Source: Pecten maximus
Lineage: Eukaryota
NCBI RefSeq assembly: GCF_902652985.1
Contig: NC_047018.1
Location: 48,236,001-48,300,000 of the forward strand
DNA length: 64,000 nucleotides
Direction of reading: 5' to 3'
Part shown: piece after piece, positions 52,001 to 64,000 of the stretch
Numbering within the stretch: the stretch's first letter is position 1
How the letters are laid out: every line of letters starts with the position of its first letter
The notes under the pieces: model-generated
What the model was told of the DNA's origin: nothing
Database searches by the model: none
The model's input: the letters and a program-made list of their open reading frames with translations, nothing else
Program-made: the position numbers and the translations under genes

Positions 52001-54426
52001 TCATTTTTTCCCTACAATGTCCAGGAATTGCTTGAACACAGTAAGCTTTTCTCTATGCCGCCGCTCTGCATCATCATTTGATTGTTTCAGTAAATCCATC
52101 AGTTCGGACTTCAGTTCTGCCTGCTTCTGACCTTCAATGTAAAATAAAAACATATTAAAATTTCATATAGCAGCATTCAATACGGGGATTTTGAGATACC
52201 GAATTGATGTGGCAGATGTATGATTTGCTGTTGATTAGTCCCACCTTATTTTATGATGCCACATTTTGATACGATTTTTGTGACGTCACCATCACCGGAA
52301 GGTGGGACTAATCCACAGTAAATCATACTTTACCAATGTCATTTTGGTATCTCAAAACCCACGTGTTGAACAACCTCAATCTGACATGTTGCTTTAAAAG
52401 TATCATCAAAATAGTAATTGTTTTCATAGATGAAAAATATTTACCATTTCAACAACCATCTTTACAGCCTGGATGAAACTTTATTTCCTTCAATGTGCCA
52501 TGTTGCATAGCGATGTACCTAGGCTTTGTCTTTGGAAAAACTATCAGATATGAAATCTTGTTGAAGGTCCATGGATTATTAAGGAGCATCCCCTTTTCTC
52601 GCTCTGCGACCAATTTCAACAGGCCTTGTGTGCAAGATTTTGATCCCAGGCAATGGTGAACCCCCCCCCCCCCCCCCCCCCCCCCCCTTGCCACTCATAA
52701 ACACTTGTCCTTTTAGGCAGAGGATTTTGGCATGTATCTACAAATGCAATTATATTAATAACTTTACTTATTCCTAGAATAGTTCAAAAACTCGACAATT
52801 GGTAATTTAGCTAAACTTTATAGATCATACACACCTGTTCTGGGTCTCTTGTGTGTCTTCTTAACATCTTCACTAGTACCTATAGAATAAAAAGACTCAT
52901 CAATACTTATGGAAAATATTTTATTTGATGTTGTTTTAAATGAGTACCATACTTTTTGAGGAACATTGACAATTATAAGAGGAAATACATCAAACCCCTT
53001 CATAACTGTTGCAAAATAATTAAAAATCAATCAATCATGAAAATCATGAAAAACAAGGGATTTAGTTATACCTTACACTTGTACACTTCATTCTAACAAC
53101 TAGTCGAAAAATAATTGCACAAATTAGTATAACAACAGTTTTAACTATAATTTTTTAAGATTAATAATTCATAAAAATTACCAGATTCAATTATGCATGA
53201 TGGATTAACATCTGGCATGTTTTGGAAAACTTCATCCAACTTGTCCTCCATACTGTCTGTTGGTGGACTCTCCCCAGACTTTCCTCGTTTTCTCTGTATC
53301 CTAGCATGTCTTTCCTTAAGTGTTTTTACTTTTAACCTGCATTTTTCAGCAGAGAAAAAGAATCCCTCATCTTCTAGTGATTTGCTTATATGTTTCCACT
53401 TAGATTTCATTAGTTGTTTGCTGTTACTTAGCTTTTGAAACGTTTCTAAGAGTAAACTTTCACTCTCATTACTCCAGCTGCATGTGGCCGTGCTGTCACT
53501 CGAAGAGTGAGGAGGAGAAGGAGAAGACCTTGTAGCAGACATTGATGAGTCTTCTTCGATGTCAGGCAACTCATCTGCCAGCCCTACAAATATTTATCAT
53601 AATCTTGTGATGTCCGTTCCCTCAAATTCGATATATACTATCTATCGTAAACTAGATAGTACAATTAAGAAATTTCAATATTAATCTTTTACATATGCAT
53701 TTTAATATTACTATAATATTATATACTGTAGTAGGATGATTATAATAAACAATACGAACCTTCTGACTGTTCGGTGCTAGTATGATCTTCTTCGTCTGTA
53801 TCATTTGCCAACTGTTCCCTTGCCAACTTCATGACTAGTTCAATAACAGATGGATCTAAAAATGGAAAAGGAAGTGAGATTCCATACAAAATAATGGAAA
53901 GTCATTTTTAAGAGAACATGTGAAAAAGAACATTTTTTTTTATCATTATGCATTATTACGGACACCTAAATACTTCATGATTTCAATATCATATATAACG
54001 TGTAACATATTGAATATAATATGTGTATGGTTTCACTTAAAAAAATTGGCCTAGTTTTTACCTTTCCTTCTCAAACAGTTTATCGTGTCAGCGTCGACAC
54101 GTATAGTCACATCCTTCCCATCAATGTTAACCTTTACGTCCATTAAATCTGGTGTAGTGCTGAAACAAGCAAAACCATGTGTCATGAGCCCATTTCACAC
54201 GAAAAAAACATCGCAATTGGCGATTTGCTAGTGCCTGACTGCACAGAATATTGTCACTTATTTTTAAAAATATCTGTAACTTGTCATTGCATTTCTAAGG
54301 AATATATAGACTAAAAATGTAAAAAATAACATATTTCTGCACTCGGTATCAAACGGAAATATTTTAAATGTATGCAATTATCAATTAACCAGTGTTATGA
54401 GCACATGTTTACCTTTTAGCCGCCAT
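52001..54426 (-). CDS. Harbinger Myb/SANT-like (trihelix) DNA-binding protein, 6 exons (54426-54413, 54159-54062, 53855-53760, 53583-53182, 52879-52835, 52131-52001), 261 aa
   Basis: WSNESESLLL...KWKHISKSL...FSAEKCRLKVKTLK motif and C-terminal coiled coil; all junctions are GT-AG with matching phases. Confidence 0.85.
52170..52378. mobile_element. Palindromic MITE-like insert in the last intron of the Myb/SANT gene
   Basis: Imperfect inverted arms of about 80 bp (TTTTGAGATACC / GGTATCTCAAAA and ATTAGTCCCACCTT / AAGGTGGGACTAAT). Confidence 0.65.
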
Positions 54427-54767
54427 TTTGAAAGCCGGGTCGCCGCTGAACATTTTCCGGCGCAGACCGGCGTGTACCGAAGATGCGCACGCATAACCAG
54501 CTCAGAAACAAGTAGAAAATCCGCATCGCCGATTACGCCGGCGGCTTAGAAACAAGTAGACCCATGATTCATTAACCTGGGGCACGAGAGCGCGTGTTCG
54601 ACAGGGAATCGGGCGGCCATGTTGGCTAATAAATGGTTGATTCAATTCGACGTTTGTGGTTAAATCCGGAACACGACGTAACATCTTGCGACGAGGAAAA
54701 TCAAAATTATGAGAACGGACAAGACGAATCAGAGAATGATCAAGTCGAGGTACCTGTAAAAAGAACG

Positions 54768-57700
54768 ATGGCGAATTTAATTGAGCTAAACGGACTGAGC
54801 AAATTTGAAACGCGCACCGATCAGTGTCGTATGCACCAGACATGGGAGCGCTGGATGAGAAGTTTTGATTTATTTTCTATCGGGAAAGGAATTACTGATT
54901 TGGACCAGAAACAGGCTTTGTTATTATATTGTGCGGGCCAAGAGGTTCAGGACATATATTTCACATTACCAGCGGACGAAGGTGAGTCGAATTATGAAAA
55001 ACTCTAGATGCATTAAACAAACATTTCAAAGGAAAAGTCAACGTTCCATATGAACGATACAGTTTCAGAAATATGTTTCAGAATAGCGACAATATTGAAC
55101 AGTTTATTACGAGATTAAGACAACAAGCCCAGTTGTGCGAGTTCACCAATGTCGATGAACAAATTCGAGACCAGGTCATAGAAAAGTGTACGTCTCATAA
55201 GTTGAGAACACGTCTACTCGAACGAGGTCATGAACTTCCATTAGAACAGTTGAAAAGAATAGCACAGTCATTAGAAATGTCAGAAGCGCATGCTAAGAAA
55301 ATGGAAAATACGGCGTCCGGTGTAAACAACTCAGTTCACGCAGTGGTAGCTAACAGCCCATCACGTACAGCTTCGGGTCCTGTATGTTTTAAATGTGGAT
55401 ATACTGGTCACATAGGTAGAGACTTGAAATGTCCTGCAAGGGGTCAGAAGTGTAAATTATGTGGTGGCGTTGGACATTTTGCTGCGAGGTGCAAAACGAA
55501 ACCGAAACCTAGCTCTGTTAACCAGACGAAGGGAAGTAACTCTAATGAAAAACGTGGACAAAAGTACGGAAAATCTGGAGGAAGGAAGGGATATGGGAAA
55601 GTACATGCAGTTGGACCTATACCACAGGCACATGAAGATGACGGTGATGAATACACATTCCAAGTAAGTGACATGAAGTCAACAGAGGTGGTTAAAATCA
55701 AACTAGATGAACAAGTTGTTGATTTTATAGTAGACAGTGGAGCTTCTGTAAATATTATTGAAAAAAATCAATGGAATGAACTTAAAAGAAACAAAATAAA
55801 ATGCACGTCTGAGAAGACACAGAAGAAGTTGTACTCGTACGGAGCTAAGAAACCATTATCACTCCTGGGAAAGTTCACGACAACTGTCATCTCGCAGGGC
55901 GGAGTGAAATTACCTGCAATAGAGATATTCGTGTTAGACGGTGAAGGACCAGCATTATTAGGGAGAGAGACAGCAAGGGAATTAGGATTGCTGAAACTCG
56001 ATACAGGAGTACATGCGTCTGACAATGTTTTTGAGAACTATCCTGAATGCTTTGATGGTATTGGAAAACTGAAGGATTTCCAGCTGAAATTACATGTGGA
56101 CAATGATTTTCAGCCTGTAGCTCAAAGAATGTACAGAATGAGTTAGAGAACATGGACATAATAGAGAAAGTGGCCACACCCACTGAATGGGTAAGTACTG
56201 TTATTGTTGTACCCAAACCAGATGGGGATATCAGACTGTGTGTCGACATGCGTCGAGCAAATGAGGCAATCGTGCGCGAGAGACACCCTATTCCTACGGT
56301 GGACGAGATTTTGTATGACCTCAATGGCTGCAAAGTTTTCAGCAAGTTAGACCTGAAGTATGGGTATCATCAAATTGAGCTTGAGGAGGATTCGCGCAAC
56401 ATAACTACATTTGTGACACACAAGGGACTCTACCGATACAAGCGGTTAATGTTTGGTACCAATTCTGCACCAGAGCAGTATCAGCATGTCATTTCGCGTG
56501 TATTTCATGACATTGAGGGTGTACAGAACATTTCTGATGATATTGTAGTCTATGGTCACACCAAACAGGAACACAACGAGCGACTAGAGAAGGTACTCGC
56601 GAGGCTTCGAGAAAAGGGCCTGACATTGAACAAACGGAAATGTCAAATTGGACTTAGTGAAATTGAGTTTATGGGTCACGTGATCTCAGGTCAAGGTATT
56701 GGACCTACAAAGGAACGAGTTCGTGCGATAGTCAACGCGACACCACCAAAGACGTCATCAGAGGTGAGAAGTTTCCTTGGGCTAGTGAACTTCAGTGGGC
56801 GTTATATACCATGCAACTTAGCAACAATTTCTGAACCGATGCGACGGCTCACTAAGAAAGGTGTTGAGTTTGTATGGGAACGCGACCAGCAAGCGAGTTT
56901 TGTAAAACTGAAGGAATGCCTCTCCAAGGCAGAGACATTAGGTCATATCTCGTTGAATGCAGACAAAACAACTGTTGTGACAGATGCCAGTAATGTTGGT
57001 ATTGCTGCGATATTGCTCCAGGAAGATCAGAACGGAAATTCTAAGGTCATTAGCTATATGAGTAGGGCATTATCCGATGTTGAACGGCGATACTCAACGA
57101 CTGAGAAAGAAGCATTGGCTGTTGTATGGGGGTGCAAGAAATTCAAAATATACCTAGTTGGACTAGACTTTGAAATTGTAACTGACCATAAACCCCTTGA
57201 AGTTTGTATGGACCAAAATCAAAACCAAACGCGAGAATTGAACGCTGGGTGATGAAACTCATGCCTTACAGATTTAAAGTGCGATACGAACCTGGTACAG
57301 GGAACATTGCAGATGCATTGTCGCGATTAGTGGGTACGCGGAATGTCGGTCAAAGTAAACTGAAAATGGAAACGGAGAATTACATTCGTTTCGTAGCAAG
57401 GGAGGCTACTCCGTCAGCTTTGATGACTCATGAGGTGGAGGAGGCCTCAAAGGAAGATGACGAACTGTCTATGGTGAGAGAATGTATGGAATCTCGTAGG
57501 TGGGACAAAACGTGCACACCATATTATCCGGTGAGAGATGAACTTAGTAGACTTGGATACCTAGTACTACGTGGAACGCGACTAGTCATTCCGAAATACT
57601 TAAGGAACAAATGTATTCAACTTGCTCACCAAGGACACTTGGGCATAGTAGGAACAAAACAACAATTAAGGACCAAGGTATGGTGGCCTCAAATGGACAG

Positions 57701-58775
57701 AGACGTTGTTAAACATGTAAAATCGTGTCATGGGTGTCAAATAATTACCGGAACGGTACACCCAGAACCGTTAAAACCTACAGAGTTGCCTAACGGACCA
57801 TTGCAAGACTTCGCCATTGACTTACTGGGACCGCTTCCAACTGGTCATTATGTGTTTGTGGTAGTAGACTACTATAGCCGTTACTACGAGATTGAAATCA
57901 TGAAAGATACCACAAGTACAAAGATCACAGAAAGTTTGGAGAACATGTTTTGTCGTCATGGGATACCAGTATCTATAACGTCGGATAATGGACCACAGTT
58001 TAAGGCTGACCATTTTAAAGACTACATGCGAGAAAATGGAATTATACACCGCCGTGTTACTCCATTGTATCCAGCTGCGAACGGCGAAGTTGAACGCCAA
58101 AATCGTTCACTGATGAAACGTATCAAGATCACGCACGCGCAGTCAAAAGACTGGAAGACAGAAATACGGACATATCTATTAGCGTATAGGACAACACCAC
58201 ACAGTACGACCGGAGTATCTCCTGCGGAGTTGATGTACGGGAGGAAATTGAGGACAAAACTGCCTCAAAAAGAACATTTAGGAAAGAGTTTGATCGATGA
58301 GGGAGTACGTGACAGAGACGCGCACATGAAATATCGTAACAAGATATATATTGACGCGAAACGTGGTGCTCAAGATTCTGACTTGAAAGTCGGAGAGTCT
58401 GTACTGGTGAAACAGAAACAAACAGACAAGTTTAGCACACCATTCTGTCCTACGCCCTACACACTAGTTGAGAAAAACGGAAATAGCTGCACTGTTGTGT
58501 CGAATGATGGCGTGTGTTACAAAAGGAACAGCACGTTCATTAAACCATTCCAAACACCAGAGGACAACCTGGACAAGCAGCTGAGTGGAAGTCCATTGGG
58601 AGTCATTGAGGACATCCTGGACAAGCAGCCGAGTGGAAGTCCATTGGGAGTCATGGAGGACAACCTGGACGACGTCGATGATGATCCGCCACAAGATATC
58701 CAGACAGAGACGTTGTCCAGGCCCAGGAGAGATGTTAAACTTTCCGTGAAGTTTAAAGACTTTGTTATGAAATAA
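54768..58775 (+). pseudogene. pol: Gypsy C gag-pol polyprotein (Gag, protease, RT, RNase H, integrase) with frameshifts near 55005 and 57205 and a deletion near 56140
   Basis: Double CCHC knuckle, VDSGASVN, RLCVDMR, ISDD, TDASNVG, TDHKPL, H-H-C-C motif, SDNGPQF and NGEVERQNR. Confidence 0.93.
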
Positions 58776-59554
58776 CGTGTATATATATAAGTGACATTAA
58801 CATTTTGTTTAGTATGACAGTGTTAGTGAATATTAGCAAATTGATACTTGTAATTTGTGATTATAGTTTATTTCGTGGACAACATGGATACTACCAAGAG
58901 ACTTGGCCAAAAGTGTTTTCATTTACGTTTTCAATGAGTTAGTTATCTTAGAAAAAGGGGAATGTAGTGTTCTTGTATACATCATTGTCGAGTTATAAGA
59001 TTAGAGTAGTGGAGCCTAAATTGTATGACGTAACATGATTCATTGACCTGGGGCACGAGCGCGTCTTCGACAGGGAATCGGGCGGCCATGTTGGCTAATA
59101 AATGGTTGATTCAATTCGACGTTTGTGGTTAAATCCGGAACACGACGTAACAATCTCTTCCCTCAATACTCCGTATCCGCAATGTTCGGACAGTGCATGA
59201 AGTCTTGTTCCACAAGACCGGAGGCTACCCGGAATCTTTGGAAGCGTTTCTCCCATTTCAGCCATTCTTCTGGCACTTTGAAGTTTAACTTCTCCGGTGG
59301 CGTGAACTGATACAAAGCCATGGTCCGCTTTATCTTGTATTCCCGTATTCTAACACCATGTTATATTAGTTATCTCTGTAAATAACAACACACACTAAGA
59401 CTGTGTTCCGCCATGACCGGTACTGTATTCAGAACGCTCCCGTGACCCTGTGGTCGACGTCATACAAATATGTGTACAGTAACTATATTGTGACAAGCAT
59501 ACTTTCACCTATCCAGCTGTTTGTTTATTTGTACATATGTTATACAGTTTATAA

Positions 59555-60072
59555 TGTTACAATACCTGTTTACTTCCGTGTTTTGATACAATCTCGGTGT
59601 CAATAATAAGCTTGTAGCATGGCGTGATTAGAGCGCGTAACATTCAAACATTTAAAAGACAAAGATATAGTATAGGAAAGTTCCGGCGGGAACATAGACG
59701 GCGCTACCTTCGGTTTTGGGAGGGTATATAAAGCCGTCTGCTAGCTTGTCAGCAGACTTCGATGACTGACCAGGCAGCAGCACTAAAAAGGTACGGTAAT
59801 ATTCCCTCAGTCTTGCTCTCTTCACATGCATCCCGTAGGTTAGAGCGGTCGTATAGTAAATATTATACGGGCCCTGCTGTAGTGAGCAGACGCTGTAACG
59901 CGGCCTGAGGCTGGCTGTGACTGTGAGCAGCGGTGCATTATAGCTGCTGCGTGTGTGTGCGCGCTGGTCGGTGTTATAGGAGTTATGTCCCTTTGAGCGG
60001 ACAGGCGTACGGCGTAGTAGTCTGGTGGGAGTACTCGGGGATCGAGTACTGGGGTCTGACATAGCCGTAACA
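59555..60072. mobile_element. Possible solo LTR
   Basis: TGTTAC...GTAACA inverted ends, GC-richer interior and TATATAAA; no matching TSD. Confidence 0.3.
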
Positions 60073-63000
60073 TTACATGCTCTCTCTTATAATTGACCTT
60101 GTATTAATAGATGATATTTAGTGTTGTTTAAGCAGTGAGCAGATATAGGTAGATACGCTTTGCCCTTTGCTCTACATATAGTTAATATCTGTAATTATTG
60201 TTAGTCAGTTCTGCTCAGTAAGGGTGTGTGTATATGTTTAAACGAACATTAATGTTCGGTTATTGCAATCAAGAACTGGACTGAGAAATATGACCATATT
60301 TGGTAACCACATTCACCAATACGCCATCTACTGTCTGTTTCAATGAAATATGGCTGCCCCCATTGCCTTACGCTTCAAATAATTTACCTGCAAAAACATC
60401 TTCGTTTTATATAGTAGTTTTACCGAAAATGTTGAAATATGTTCAGTAGATGTTTTCAAGATGCATACGATTTGAGAAATGCATAACGCTAGCGAAATGT
60501 TAAGACTAAATGAACCTGAACTTTGCGAATAACTCCAGGTCAATATATATTTATGTAAACAACTATTGCGCAGGCGCATTCGTCTCCGGATGTTTAGAAA
60601 GTTTTGCTCTTCCGTGTTCATTCCAAAACGGCTGACATTAAAGCATAGGTCTGCAAATATGTCCGCGATTTACTTAAATGTGTAATATGTATATTCTAGA
60701 ATGTTACATCATTATCAACTAGGTGTGTATTTCTATAATTTAGAGAAAGAAATATATCAATAACGGCATACGAGACGATACATTGTATCATACTATAGGT
60801 TACTGTACGTGTTAACGGTGTTTGCGAGAAAGAACTGTACATATGTATAGACTTACAATTAGGTGGCATTTGTGGTCAGGGTGACTGGTCATAGCGTTAA
60901 CGTTGTCATCGATTTCCATATACCAATTTCCTTTGACGAAAATGACCAATAAATCAAATGCAAATGATAATATCTTGTTATGTGCACGGGATTGCTTGTT
61001 GTAGGCGATACTTGGAATGTATTTACTGTTGTAAGGGAGGTAACTGCAAGATTACGGAAATCAAAAGTTAAACCAATTTGATTGGGCGATTCTTCCATGA
61101 CTATGGCAGGGGGTTTACAATCGAAGTGACAGATAACTACGGCAATGTTCAGATGATATCAACAATAACATTTTTGGATACGTGTGGTTGGCAGTTGTCA
61201 TGTTTAAAATGAACAATTATATAGCTTGTTTTTATTTCGGCAAAGACGAGAATATTTACTGAAACGGACCACACGTGAAGCGGACTTGCAAATACCGAAA
61301 TGAAGAAAAATGGGGCTTAATCATAATATAAATTGGCATTATTTTCAGAGGATTGACCAAAATATATGTTTTTCAATGCCTAATTGTATCATATGTAAAA
61401 TATTAGAGGTTTATTTGACCGAATTTTAAATTAATTATTCATTTGCGAATTGTGGCCCGATTGTCGTTATTAGAGTTGAATTACCGAAATGGCCGATAGT
61501 GGACCCAAAATCGATATTTTTACGAGAATTTATTTTTCATTTACCTGGAAGTATTTTGAAAAAAATTGCAAAATACCGAATTCACGACCAAATTTTCGAT
61601 TGTGACGAACTAATGAGACGGTGTTAAGTTCATGTTAAGTCAATCTGTTTAAAATCAGCTGTTACACGGCTACGTTTACTATGCACTACGTCTACTAGGT
61701 AAATTTTTTTAAAGACGGAAATCCGGATTATCTAAAAACAAATGCAAAAAGACTTGTGATATTCACTTAATTTGATATTCAGCCGTTAATTGTTATCTGT
61801 AGTTTTATAACTTCTTATACATTGTGATTGATACTCTATATAATATTGCTGTGGAACTTGTGTTATTTTTCAAACAAATTCATTTTAATAATTTGTTAAT
61901 TTAGAATTTTCGTCAAGTCATGATCAAGACTTGAAATTCTCACTACACCATACTTCAAACACGGAGTAATCAATGAATTGATAAACTGAAAATTGAAGTC
62001 AAGCAAATGAGTTAATATTTACCTTAAATATTTTTTCAATATACAACAAATGTTCAGATGACTATTTGTGCCATGCTGTTACAAGATTTCAGTTACAATT
62101 CTAAAATTGAATTAGTATGTATACGTCAATATATGTTATTCTGTCAATATCCACAAAGCGAGCGTAGTCTACTATATATAGATATAGATATGGAATGATT
62201 CACAAATTTGCATACAGTTATGGAATCTTATAACACCCCGAAAAATGTTCACTCCACATAAAGGATGTGATTTGTGCAATTACATTGCTGAACTGTGTGG
62301 TTCACTATGATAAGATGATCAACATAGGAAAGGGACAGTAAATAGGGAATGTGTCATCCCATCGAATAGACTGTAACCTTTTTCAGCTTTGAAGTTGAAA
62401 ATGAAGCTTGAAGTTCTCTTTTCCTGTTTGCTGAATTATTTGATGAAGATAGTCTTTATATGGTTGTTTTTCTTTATCACATTGTGTACAATACTGTAAT
62501 TCATAATACCAGAAGTATATCTTGTCATATAAAGATTTATTAACATCAAATGATTCCTGAACAAAAGGAGTCAAATTTTTTGTCTGAAGTACCATACATG
62601 CTTGAGTACAGTTTCAATAGGATACATTCCTAATCCGGGCCTTGATTAGCAGCTCTGATTTTGGTTTTCAGTACATGTAGTTCTTTATGTGTGTTTCATC
62701 ATATTAAGTTGAAATATGCTAAACTAACGATGGAACTAGCCTAAATTTAGTGCATATTAGAAGTTGGCATCAATAAGGTCACAGAGTCCTGGCTGTATTA
62801 TAACTGATGATGCCTTCCCGAAAGAATATTTTATTTTCATCCATCCAAGATAGATCAACAAACTTCCAATTTCAATTAGGACCTTACAGAAAAATGCATG
62901 TGTTCAATCATATCAGAACAGCTACAAACATTTCAAATTATTTGGAATTAATTCCTAAACCAATATCAGTAAATTTATCAACTTTAAACTTAGAAGATTA

Positions 63001-63229
63001 CTGATTTTGCATTGCACAATAATGTTCGTTTACAGTACTTCCAGTACTTTGATTTATTATTGCTACCATTCTTGAGCAAGGCATGGTCAGAATATATTTT
63101 TGTATATATCGGCACTTTTTGAGCACCCGGTAAGAGCAAATATAAGGGATCCCAAGAAGTAACTTGGGTACGGACCCCCGACACGTTACAATAGTCTGTT
63201 TCATAATACAAGTATATACAATAACATTA

Positions 63230-63315
63230 CATGTATGATACAGAAAAAAAATATTTAAAAATATCACTTAACGAATTGCGGGGCGTGAAAAAACTCTCAC
63301 AGGACACTCATTAGG
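63230..63315 (-). repeat. Inverted copy of the terminus of the 21362 arm
   Basis: CTCACAGGACACTCATTAGG is the reverse complement of 21362-21381 and is preceded by part of the 190-bp unit. Confidence 0.8.
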
Positions 63316-63573
63316 TGGACCGCAATGTTCAGTCAACCCCGTCAGCTTCCATATATAATTGTATCGCAGTTGCGTTCCGCTCGTTTATTTTTTGACTTAT
63401 TCCGGAAAATTGTAACATCCGGTTACGTAAGATACCCGTGCTGCTCATTCGGAACACCTCGGCCGATTCTCTACGGTCATCTAACCTCGGATGTATCACG
63501 GTATTTGATATGTATAAACGCCGTGCATTTGTGATGCGGTCGCCGTATCACTCATTATGGATGAGTCTCCGCT

Positions 63574-63908
63574 GTGCATATAGATCTCCAAAATGGCGTC
63601 GTTCGAACAGTGTTTAAGTATTTTCTCGATAATTGTCCTTTATTTAAAGAAAACAACATCACTTTGAAGGAGAAACAGATTGAAACGTTGCGAGCATTAT
63701 ACGATGATCATGACTGTGTATCGGTATTACCCACAGGCTACGGCAAAAGTGTGATATTTCAGCTGTTACCGTGGTTTTGTCAGCTGAAAATGGAGAAACG
63801 GAAACCAATGAGCGTGATAGTCGTGTCCCCGCTGAATTCCCTAATCCAGGACCAAGTCATTACAATGAGGAAGAAGGGATTTACTGCTTGCAGTTTGAAC
63901 TTCACTGG
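63574..63908 (+). CDS. First exon of a RecQ-like SF2 helicase, probably transposon-borne (AcademH-type); continues beyond the window
   Basis: Q motif LKEKQ, Walker A LPTGYGKS and motif Ia VVSPLNSLIQDQV; donor GTATGT at 63909. Confidence 0.75.
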
Positions 63909-64000
63909 TATGTGTCAGTTATATTGTATGCTTTATGTATTGTATGTTTGGATCCCCTCATGTCTGTTATAGATCTGGTCAAAGTATGGAAAGAAATCGT

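Larger units (their letters stand above)
49620..54563 (+). mobile_element. PIF/Harbinger DNA transposon, apparently complete
   Basis: 14-bp TIR GGGTCTACTTGTTT; 3-bp TSD ATG at 49617-49619 and 54564-54566; the 3' LTR of Gypsy C shows the empty site; two convergent genes. Confidence 0.95.
49545..59152 (+). mobile_element. Gypsy (Mag-type) LTR retrotransposon C, full length, 5-bp TSD ATCTC
   Basis: 5' LTR 49545-54683 (split by the Harbinger); 3' LTR 58963-59152 (190 bp); PBS TTGCGACGAGGA (tRNA-Ser type, one mismatch); PPT 58950-58962; TSD at 49540-49544 and 59153-59157. Confidence 0.95.
47607..59495 (-). mobile_element. Gypsy (Mag-type) LTR retrotransposon B, 3'-truncated, hosting Gypsy C
   Basis: Putative 5' LTR 59359-59495; PBS TGGTGTTAGAA (Leu-type); gag start MALYQFTPPEK at 59322; gag resumes as MIRDRLVV at 49541. 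Confidence 0.85.

Noticed and set aside
62372-63190. Possible LTR (TGTAAC...GTTACA with ATAGAC/ATAGTC flanks)
   Set aside because: Imperfect TSD, no PBS or PPT and no partner LTR; may be chance

Overview
AT-rich animal genomic DNA. The repeat families (pearl/HINE-like elements, V- and CORE-type SINEs, Mag-type Gypsy elements) suggest a mollusc, probably a bivalve. Positions 1-11 kb hold seven coding exons of a host gene on the minus strand, POFUT1 (protein O-fucosyltransferase 1), whose 3' end lies outside the window. Its introns carry SINEs, MITEs and a 3.2-kb minisatellite. From about 17.9 kb to the end the window is a nest of transposable elements, several with exact boundaries readable from target-site duplications (TSDs). 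In order: (i) a decayed, intron-containing hAT transposase. (ii) A pol-less LTR element (22375-40175, TSD ATAG), into which an Ngaro/DIRS-type tyrosine-recombinase retrotransposon (25560-30731) and an 8.4-kb long-TIR DNA element carrying an SGNH-hydrolase ORF (31380-39769, 8-bp TSD) have inserted. (iii) A 5'-truncated RTE-X-like LINE. (iv) A Gypsy > Gypsy > Harbinger nest in which the Harbinger has two apparently intact spliced genes. (v) The start of a RecQ-like helicase ORF. The most unusual observation is that removing the DIRS insert restores one reading frame in the pol-less LTR element. It encodes a 152-aa protein with two predicted transmembrane helices, separated from a Gag capsid ORF by a single in-frame TAG. 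All calls were made by eye, without database searches.
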